DNA of 45,625 nt from NCBI GenBank assembly GCA_041676345.1, contig JBAYSC010000001.1:1-45625 (forward strand). Direction: 5' to 3'. Each line of letters starts with the position of its first letter. Within the stretch, counting starts at the first letter, position 1. Below, piece after piece: positions 8,960-15,812 of the stretch. Source of the DNA: Flavobacteriaceae bacterium. Its GTDB lineage: Bacteria; Bacteroidota; Bacteroidia; Flavobacteriales; Flavobacteriaceae. Under the pieces are notes generated by a model. It searched no databases. It saw only the letters and a program-made list of their open reading frames with translations, and was not told the origin of the DNA. Position numbers and translations under genes: made by a program.

Positions 8960-10114
8960 TTATAGCTCTTTTTCTTGTTGTTCTGTTTTGTCTAATATTT
9001 GCCCTAATTGGTGCAATTTGTCGGCTAAAATTTTTTTGTCAATCAGTTTAGTTTCATATTCGGCAACAATTGCAGGACTTATATTTCGTGCCATTGCATA
9101 TTCTACCACTTCCATTTCTTTGCCTTTACAGAGTAGAATACCAATACTCGGATTTTCGTGTGGTCGTTTTACATCTCTGTCTAATGCTTCCAAATAGAAG
9201 TTGAGCTTCCCTATAAATTCAGGCTCAAAATCTTCAATTTTCAGCTCAAACAATACCAAACATTGCAAATCACGATGATAAAATAATAAATCGGTGTGAA
9301 AATCCCTGCTTCCTACCTGTATGCGATATTGTTCCCCCATATAGGCAAAACCTTTACCGATTTCCAAAATGAATTTTTGCAAATTGAGTGTAATGGCTTT
9401 TTCCAAATCTTTTTCACTGTGTCCGTCGGGCAAGTCTAAAAACTCAAATATGTAAGGGTCTTTAAAAAAATTTTCAGGTAATTGTGTCTGCATTGTGGAT
9501 ACAACTTGTTTTGAAAGCATAGTGCGTTCAAAAGTTGCTGATTTGAGTTGTCGTTCTAATTCTCTTTTGGATAATTTTTCTGTGATACAATTACTCAAAT
9601 AAAAAATCTTTTCTTCGACTGTTTTTGTCTTTGAAAGAATAAGCAGGTGGTGTGTCCAGCTTATTTGTGTCATCAATGATAACACAAGCTCAATTAACTC
9701 ACTTTCAGCTATTTGTAATTGTGTCGCCAGTGGTGACACTTTTTGGTTTTGTTTAATTTGTGTCGCCACTGGTGACACAATTTTATTCAGCTTACTTTCA
9801 TTATTTCGTAAATGCAACAATGCTGACACAAACTGATTGTCCGAATAAACTTCATAAAACTGCCTCATTCTGTACAATCCTCTACGGTTGAAACCCGAAA
9901 GATTAGGAACTTTTGACTGAATAAAATCAGCTAATTGCTGAACGGTATTTTCTCCCCAATTACCCGAACTTACTTTTTCAGAAACAACTTTACCCACATT
10001 GAAGTACAACAATACCAACTCGCTGTTTGCCTTGCTGTAAACACGATTTCTTGCTTCGGTAATAAGCGTAAAAATATGCTCAAAATCTTGCGTGTATGTG
10101 TTGTTTAACTTCAT
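8960..10114 (-). CDS. DUF1016 / YhcG-family PD-(D/E)XK nuclease-domain protein inserted between murE and mraY
   Basis: GFNRRGLYRMRQFY, ISWTHH, KDPYIFEFL, FILEIGKGFAYMGEQ, DLLFYHRDLQCLVLFELK, GKLNFYL and ENPSIGILLC. Confidence 0.93.
   Translation of the reverse strand: MKLNNTYTQDFEHIFTLITEARNRVYSKANSELVLLYFNVGKVVSEKVSSGNWGENTVQQLADFIQSKVPNLSGFNRRGLYRMRQFYEVYSDNQFVSALLHLRNNESKLNKIVSPVATQIKQNQKVSPLATQLQIAESELIELVLSLMTQISWTHHLLILSKTKTVEEKIFYLSNCITEKLSKRELERQLKSATFERTMLSKQVVSTMQTQLPENFFKDPYIFEFLDLPDGHSEKDLEKAITLNLQKFILEIGKGFAYMGEQYRIQVGSRDFHTDLLFYHRDLQCLVLFELKIEDFEPEFIGKLNFYLEALDRDVKRPHENPSIGILLCKGKEMEVVEYAMARNISPAIVAEYETKLIDKKILADKLHQLGQILDKTEQQEKEL
9484..9830. repeat. Intragenic 19-bp palindromes GTGTC-NN-CA-N-TG-NN-GACAC in the DUF1016 gene
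   Basis: Copies at 9484-9502, 9667-9685, 9721-9739 and 9760-9778, plus a half copy near 9812-9830. The full copies encode V(S/L)xxxTQ. Confidence 0.8.
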
Positions 10115-10193
10115 TTCTTTTGTTTAAGGTTTAAGGTTTGAAGTTTAAGGTTTAGCAACTTTGAACCTTAAACTTTGAACTTTAAACAAATTA
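10113..10193. repeat. 81-bp direct repeat, copy 2
   Basis: Identical to 8870-8950. Includes the murE stop codon (10191-10193) and overlaps the DUF1016 ATG. Confidence 0.95.
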
Positions 10194-11654
10194 CTTGCTT
10201 AACATTTCTAATATTTCTTTTACGATTTTCATATCGTCAAAATCGTGTTTTGCTCCGTTTATTTCCTGATAAGTTTCGTGTCCTTTTCCTGCAATCAGGA
10301 TAATATCTCCGCTTTCAGCCAATTGACAAGCGGTTTTTATTGCTTGTTTTCTGTCTAAAATCGAAAGTGTTTTTTTATAGTTTTGAGGCTCTACACCTTT
10401 TTCCATTTCGTCTAAAATCGCTTGAGGATTTTCCGTTCTCGGATTGTCCGAAGTGAAAATTGCCTTATCACTCAAACTACTCGCAATATGAGCCATTACA
10501 GGACGTTTGGTTTTATCTCTGTCTCCTCCACAACCCACAACCGTAATCAGCTGTTCGTTTCTCGTCCTGATATCCGAAATCGTGTTCAATACATTTTCCA
10601 ATGCATCAGGAGTATGTGCATAATCGACAATAGCTGTGATTTTCGTTTTCGATACGATATATTGAAATCTTCCCTCCACACTTTCCAACTGACTCAAAAG
10701 CGTTAAAGCCTCCTGTTTTTCGAGACCCAACTCCACAGCTGTTGCATAAATGGCAAGTAAATTATACGCATTGAAATTTCCGATTAACTTCGTATAAACT
10801 TCCTGATTATCAATCTTCAGAAGTAATCCGATAAACTGATTTTCCAATACATACGCCTTATAATCGGAATAGGATTTTAACGAATATGTCCGTTTTTTGG
10901 CTTGTGTATTCTGTAGCATCACGTTTCCGTTTTTATCATCGCTATTTGACAAAGCAAAAGCCGATTTCGGTAAATTGTCAAAAAACGATTTTTTTACGTC
11001 CCGATATTCAGCAAAAGACGAATGATAATCCAAATGGTCGTGCGAAAGATTCGTGAAAATTCCTCCCGAAAAATGAAGTCCCTCCGTCCTCGACTGATGA
11101 ATTCCGTGAGAGCTTACTTCCATAAAGCAAAATTCCACTCCGTTTTCAACCATTTCGTTCAGATAATAATTTATCGTAAGCGAATCAGGTGTGGTATGTG
11201 TTGCTCCAAATTCGGATTTATGCACCATAATTTTTACAGTCGAAAGCAATCCCGATTTGTACCCTGCATTCTCGAACATCGTATATAAAAGCGTAGCAAT
11301 CGTAGTCTTTCCGTTTGTTCCCGTAACTCCTACCAATTTTAGTTTTTCGGACGGATTATCATAATAATTCGATGCCATAAAAGCCAAAGCCTTATGCGAA
11401 TTATTTACCTGAATATAGGTTACTCCGTTTTGGATTTCGTCTGGAAAAACCTCACAAACAATAGCAACAGCTCCCTGTTCGATACACTTATTAATGTATG
11501 AATGTCCGTCTGAAACCGTTCCCTTAACAGCCACAAATACATCTCCACCCGAAACCTTACGGGAATCAAACTGAATATTTTTTATAGTAATATCAGTCGA
11601 GCCTTTGATAGCCTCGATGGAAGTTTTGTATAATATGTCTTTTAAATTCTTCAT
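10191..11654 (-). CDS. murE: UDP-MurNAc-dipeptide--diaminopimelate ligase
   Basis: DSRKV, GVTGTNGKTT, MEVSSH, DHLDYH, VDYAHTPDAL, DNPR (meso-DAP specificity) and AGKGHE. Start moved to ATG 11654 (MKNLKDIL) because the ORF-track extension is repeat-derived. Confidence 0.96.
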   Translation of the reverse strand: MKNLKDILYKTSIEAIKGSTDITIKNIQFDSRKVSGGDVFVAVKGTVSDGHSYINKCIEQGAVAIVCEVFPDEIQNGVTYIQVNNSHKALAFMASNYYDNPSEKLKLVGVTGTNGKTTIATLLYTMFENAGYKSGLLSTVKIMVHKSEFGATHTTPDSLTINYYLNEMVENGVEFCFMEVSSHGIHQSRTEGLHFSGGIFTNLSHDHLDYHSSFAEYRDVKKSFFDNLPKSAFALSNSDDKNGNVMLQNTQAKKRTYSLKSYSDYKAYVLENQFIGLLLKIDNQEVYTKLIGNFNAYNLLAIYATAVELGLEKQEALTLLSQLESVEGRFQYIVSKTKITAIVDYAHTPDALENVLNTISDIRTRNEQLITVVGCGGDRDKTKRPVMAHIASSLSDKAIFTSDNPRTENPQAILDEMEKGVEPQNYKKTLSILDRKQAIKTACQLAESGDIILIAGKGHETYQEINGAKHDFDDMKIVKEILEMLSK

Positions 11655-11664
11655 TTTGTTTTTC

Positions 11665-11725
11665 CCGCAGACTTCGCAGATTTTCGCAAAAATTTGTTTC
11701 TCGCAAAGACGCAAAGACGCAAAGC
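11665..11725. repeat. CGCA-core short tandem repeats in the ftsI-murE spacer
   Basis: Nonamer-like CGCAGACTT CGCAGATTTT CGCAAA, then octamer CGCAAAGA CGCAAAGA CGCAAAG. Confidence 0.75.
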
Positions 11726-11732
11726 GTTATTT

Positions 11733-13724
11733 TTATGATAATTCTAAAACGATTACTTTATTCTTTTCTATTTTTTCTCCCATCGGGATAGATTGTGATT
11801 TTACTTTTCCGTTTCCGGTAATTTTTACTTTTAATCCCAAGTTTTCTAACAATGCTATGGCATCCATTCCGGGCATTCCCTTTACGTTTGGCACTGTTGA
11901 CGGGTTTTTGTTTATCAGGGTATTGTATTTCTGATAATTTTGTTCTTGTCCGGGATTGGGTTTGTTCAGATTCTTAACTTCATTATTCGTAGGCGAATCT
12001 GTAAAAATCTTTTGGGCTACTGCCTTAAAAACAGGACCTGATACGTCTGCTCCGTAATATCCTTTGGAACGGCTCGGTTTGTGAACCACTACGATGCAAG
12101 AATATTTCGGGTTATCTGCAGGAAAATATCCGGCAAACGAAGACGAATAATACATACTGTCTCTCACTGCATAACCTACCTGTGCCGTTCCGGTTTTTCC
12201 TGCCATAGAGAAATTAGGCGAATAAAGTTTTCGTCCTGTTCCTTTTTCCACGACATTTTTCAGAATGTCCTGAACTTGTTTGAGGGTTTCGTCACTGCAT
12301 ATTTTCGGGTTAATCACTTCTTTGTCAAACTTTACGATGGTTTTGTTCCACTCTTTAATTTCTTTGACAAATTGTGGTTTTACCATTTCTCCACCATTGG
12401 CAATAGCATTATAAAAAGTTAATGTTTGCAATGGAGTGAGTTGTAATCCGTAGCCGTAAGCCATCCACGGAAGTGAAAGCCCAGACCAATGTTCTTTGTC
12501 GTGTTTCGGGTGATAAATTACCGGTTTTCCTTCTCCCTGAATCGGGATTCCCAGCGGTTGATTGAGGTTCATTGCATACAATTTATCTACAAACTCAGCC
12601 GGATTATCTTTATAATTTTCGTAAACTGCCTGAACGATAACCGTATTCGATGAAACTTCGATTCCTCTGGCAAGCGAAATTTTTCCGTAACCGCCTCTTT
12701 TTGAATCACGAACTTTTCGTCTGTGAATCGTAATTTCCCCTCCCTGAGTGTCATATACCTGTGCTGTATCTACTTTTTTATCGTCTAACAAAGCAATTAA
12801 AGCAGGCAGTTTAAAGGTCGAACCCGGTTCCTGAGATTCCCAAACCGCATAATTTATGGTTTCGGAATATGTACCGTTTTGTTGTCTTCCGAGATTAGAA
12901 ATGGCTTTTATTTCTCCTGTTTCAACTTCCATTACTACCACACAACCGTGGTCTGCCTCATAATATTCCAACTGTTTGAGCAAAGCGTGATGAGCAATAT
13001 CCTGAATGTAAACATCAATGGTGGAAATCACGTCATAACCGTCTTGGGGCTCGACTTCGTTGTTGTCATTTATCGGTTTCCATTGCCCTTTAGCCATTTT
13101 CTGCTTTACAACTTTTCCGTCTTTTCCGTTGATGTACTGCTGAAAAGCTCCTTCGATTCCGATATTGGTGTAAGTACTATCTGCATTGAGCCGTCTGTAA
13201 CCAATGGTTCTTTCAGCAATTCTACCAATCGGGTGCTGACGAACCGTTTTGGGGTCGGTTATCATTCCGCCTTTATAGGTTCCCAGATTAAAAAGCGGAA
13301 AACCCTTCATTCTCATATAATTGGTATAGTTCAGATTTCGGGCAATCAGGTAATATCGGTTTCCGTTGGCTCTGGCTTTGGTCAATTCGTTTTTGTAAAA
13401 ACCGCTTGGTTTCCCCAGCATTACCGAAAGCGAATCGGCAAGAGCATTTATATTTTGTGTGAAATTTTCATCGGTAGGAGTTACCGCATCAAAACGAATG
13501 GTGTAATTGGGAATCGAAATAGCCAAAAGACTTCCGTCAGCCGAATAAATATTACCTTGATTAGACGGAATGACAAAAGTTTCGATGGTACTTTCTTCAG
13601 CCAATTTTCGGTAATGCTCTCCTTCTACCCATTGGATTCTTGTCAGTTTAAACAAGATTCCGCAAGCAATCAGAAGCATTCCGAAGGCTATAAAGAAAAT
13701 TCGATATGATGTTTTTTTGTCCAT
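11733..13724 (-). CDS. ftsI: Class B penicillin-binding protein FtsI with a C-terminal PASTA domain
   Basis: N-terminal TM helix; STFK (SxxK), SSN (SxN) and KTG motifs; VPNVKGM PASTA-like end; downstream of ftsL. Confidence 0.93.
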   Translation of the reverse strand: MDKKTSYRIFFIAFGMLLIACGILFKLTRIQWVEGEHYRKLAEESTIETFVIPSNQGNIYSADGSLLAISIPNYTIRFDAVTPTDENFTQNINALADSLSVMLGKPSGFYKNELTKARANGNRYYLIARNLNYTNYMRMKGFPLFNLGTYKGGMITDPKTVRQHPIGRIAERTIGYRRLNADSTYTNIGIEGAFQQYINGKDGKVVKQKMAKGQWKPINDNNEVEPQDGYDVISTIDVYIQDIAHHALLKQLEYYEADHGCVVVMEVETGEIKAISNLGRQQNGTYSETINYAVWESQEPGSTFKLPALIALLDDKKVDTAQVYDTQGGEITIHRRKVRDSKRGGYGKISLARGIEVSSNTVIVQAVYENYKDNPAEFVDKLYAMNLNQPLGIPIQGEGKPVIYHPKHDKEHWSGLSLPWMAYGYGLQLTPLQTLTFYNAIANGGEMVKPQFVKEIKEWNKTIVKFDKEVINPKICSDETLKQVQDILKNVVEKGTGRKLYSPNFSMAGKTGTAQVGYAVRDSMYYSSSFAGYFPADNPKYSCIVVVHKPSRSKGYYGADVSGPVFKAVAQKIFTDSPTNNEVKNLNKPNPGQEQNYQKYNTLINKNPSTVPNVKGMPGMDAIALLENLGLKVKITGNGKVKSQSIPMGEKIEKNKVIVLELS

Positions 13725-13728
13725 AATC

Positions 13729-13755
13729 CAGTCCCCTAACCCCCAAAGGGGGAAT
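13729..13755. repeat. GC-rich hairpin element just upstream of the ftsI ATG
   Basis: CAGTCCCCTAACCCCCAAAGGGGGAAT; 26/27 identical to 14094-14120. Confidence 0.88.
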
Positions 13756-13770
13756 TATTGGAGTAAATAT

Positions 13771-14091
13771 TTATTTGTTTTCGTTTACAACTTTAATTTT
13801 TACCGGAGGTATTTCGGGAGGATAAATCCCGATTTCGCTCATTTTTTCGGATATGGTTGATTCCATTTTCAGCTTCATCAGTTCTGTTCTGGTATCTGCA
13901 AAAATGGAACGCAACTCTTTGTTTTCTACATTCAAATCGGCAATTCTGAATAATTTTTGCTCAAAACGATGTGTATTCGCAATCATTACGATAGCCAATG
14001 CCACCAAAAAAATGATAAATCTCCAATGCTTAATAGCATCATCGTCTATCAGGAACTTTGTTCGTAATATGTTGTATAAACCGCCTTTCAT
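13771..14091 (-). CDS. ftsL: FtsL-like cell division protein
   Basis: 106 aa with a single TM followed by a coiled coil (ENKELRS...LMKLKMES); lies between rsmH and ftsI. Confidence 0.85.
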   Translation of the reverse strand: MKGGLYNILRTKFLIDDDAIKHWRFIIFLVALAIVMIANTHRFEQKLFRIADLNVENKELRSIFADTRTELMKLKMESTISEKMSEIGIYPPEIPPVKIKVVNENK

Positions 14092-14093
14092 AT

Positions 14094-14189
14094 CAGCCCC
14101 CTAACCCCCAAAGGGGGAATCGTTGGAATTTTAAAATGTTATTTTTAACCTCTCGCAGTTCCTCCCCTTTGGGGAGGTTAGGAGGGGCT
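14094..14189. repeat. Inverted doublet of GC-rich hairpin elements (REPIN-like)
   Basis: 14094-14120 (CAGCCCCCTAACCCCCAAAGGGGGAAT) and 14159-14189 (reverse complement AGCCCCTCCTAACCTCCCCAAAGGGGAGGAA) are in opposite orientations. The second supplies the rsmH stop codon. Confidence 0.85.
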
Positions 14190-15095
14190 TTTTTCTGCTA
14201 CTCTGAGTTTGGCACTTCTGGCTCTGTTGTTTTGAGCGATTTCTTCTTCGGTTGGGATAATCAGTTTTTCGATAATTTTAAAGGGAACTTCAAAATTTCC
14301 GAAAAAATCCCGTTCGGGTTCGCCTTCAAACATTCCGTTTCGCATAAAGCGTTTTACTAATCGGTCTTCTAACGAATGATAGGAAATCACGCTTAATCTT
14401 CCTCCAACATTCAGAATTTCAAGACTTTGCTCCAAAAATTCTTTCAGCACTTCAATTTCCTGATTCACTTCAATTCGGATTGCCTGATAGATTTGAGCCA
14501 GAATTTTATTGCTTTTGTGAGCCGGAAGAAATTTTGCCAAAACCTCTTTTAATCGTTCCGAATTTTTAATCGGAACTTCTTTTCGGTTATTCACGATAGC
14601 ATACGCCATTCCCGCTGCACTTTTGAGTTCTCCGTATTCCGAGAAAATCTGTCTCAGATGTTTTTCGTCATATTCATTGATGACTTCATAGGCACTCAGG
14701 CTGCTTTTTTGACTCATTCGCATATCCAAATCAGCCTCAAAACGGGTGGAAAAACCTCTTTCTGCTACATCAAACTGATGTGAAGAAACCCCTAAGTCTG
14801 CCAGAATTCCGTCAACTTTTTTTATTCCGTGAAAACGCAAAAATCTTTTGATGTATCTGAAATTCTCATTTATCAACAAAAATCTCGGGTCGTCAATCGC
14901 ATTAGCCAAAGCATCTTCGTCCTGGTCAAAAGCAATGAGTCTTCCGTTTTCTCCCAGTCTGCTCAAAATCTCTCTGGAATGCCCTCCGCCTCCGAAAGTA
15001 ACATCGACATAGATTCCGTCCGGTTTGATGTTTAATCCATCAACCGACTGCTTTAGCAAAACCGGACTGTGATACCCTGTGTTATTCATCTTCAA
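14178..15095 (-). CDS. rsmH: 16S rRNA m4C1402 methyltransferase
   Basis: HSPVLL, DVTFGGGGHS, DLGVSSHQFD, LDMRM, QAIRIEVN, ISYHSLEDRLVK and RARSAKLR. Confidence 0.97.
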   Translation of the reverse strand: MKMNNTGYHSPVLLKQSVDGLNIKPDGIYVDVTFGGGGHSREILSRLGENGRLIAFDQDEDALANAIDDPRFLLINENFRYIKRFLRFHGIKKVDGILADLGVSSHQFDVAERGFSTRFEADLDMRMSQKSSLSAYEVINEYDEKHLRQIFSEYGELKSAAGMAYAIVNNRKEVPIKNSERLKEVLAKFLPAHKSNKILAQIYQAIRIEVNQEIEVLKEFLEQSLEILNVGGRLSVISYHSLEDRLVKRFMRNGMFEGEPERDFFGNFEVPFKIIEKLIIPTEEEIAQNNRARSAKLRVAEKSPS

Positions 15096-15537
15096 ATCCT
15101 CCCATTACTCTTTCGGCTAAATCTGCAAAATCTCCCGAAGCATCGTCAACCGCTTTTTCGTACAGGTCTTTATCCCATACTTCGAGGAAACTCCCGACAG
15201 AATTCAGCACAATTTCTTTTTCTATTTTGGCAAAGCCCAACAAATCTTTCGGAATCAAAAAACGACCAGCACTGTCAATTTCCACTATCTTAACTCCGTA
15301 AGTAAACCGCCTGATAAAGTCGTTGTTTTCTTTTTTGAAACGGTTGAGTTTGTTTACTTTTTGCATCAACTCGTTCCATTCCCTCATCGGATACAGCTCC
15401 AGACAAGCCTGAAAAACCGAACGTTTCAACACGAAGCCATCGCTCAAAGAATCTAGCTGTTTCTTGAGCGGAGCAGGAATCATCACCCTTGCTTTGGCAT
15501 CGATTTTACATTCGTATGTCCCGATTATGGTCGTCAC
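15082..15537 (-). CDS. mraZ: Division/cell wall cluster transcriptional repressor MraZ
   Basis: GTYECKIDAKARV and IDSAGRFLIPKDL (two DxxGR-type repeats). Probable GTG start at 15537 gives 151 aa. Confidence 0.93.
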   Translation of the reverse strand: MTTIIGTYECKIDAKARVMIPAPLKKQLDSLSDGFVLKRSVFQACLELYPMREWNELMQKVNKLNRFKKENNDFIRRFTYGVKIVEIDSAGRFLIPKDLLGFAKIEKEIVLNSVGSFLEVWDKDLYEKAVDDASGDFADLAERVMGGFEDE

Positions 15538-15563
15538 TTTTTCCCTAAGTTGAATTATTGAAG

Positions 15564-15610
15564 CAAAAATATAGAATATTTTCCCACATTCTACCACTTT
15601 AACCCACTTT
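15564..15610 (-). promoter_or_regulatory. Putative dcw promoter with MraZ operator repeats
   Basis: The minus strand has three GTGG boxes at 10-bp spacing (AAAGTGGGTT AAAGTGGTAG AATGTGGGAA, 15581-15610), like known MraZ operators. A TAnnTTTG -7 box follows at 15564-15571. Confidence 0.75.
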
Positions 15611-15812
15611 GTTGATAACTTTTTCTGTTTGAGCAGGTTCGTGGAGATTTTGGTTTGTTTGGGAAAGGCTTTGTAAATAAGCATTGTAGCGAAAGGTAAT
15701 TTCAAAAGCTGCATTTTTTCATATCACAACTTAAACGTTTGGTAATATATTCTTAAATGCTTTCTGGAAAAGAGAGGGGAAATTTGCAGCAAAATTTAAA
15801 CAATTACAATTT

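Noticed and set aside
8870-10193. 81-bp repeats as a CRISPR array or integron attC sites
   Set aside because: There are only two copies, separated by a whole gene, and no cas or intI gene is present. The ends run GTT...AAC, the reverse of the attC RYYYAAC...GTTRRRY arrangement.
11655-11714. Cys-containing N-terminal extension of MurE in the ORF track
   Set aside because: It is translated repeat DNA; ATG 11654 gives a normal MurE start.
12879-13709. 276-aa plus-strand ORF and the other antisense or overlapping ORFs in the track
   Set aside because: They are shadows of well-supported genes and have no recognisable motifs.
15538-15714. 59-aa N-terminal extension of MraZ
   Set aside because: It covers the promoter and operator boxes; GTG 15537 gives the normal size.
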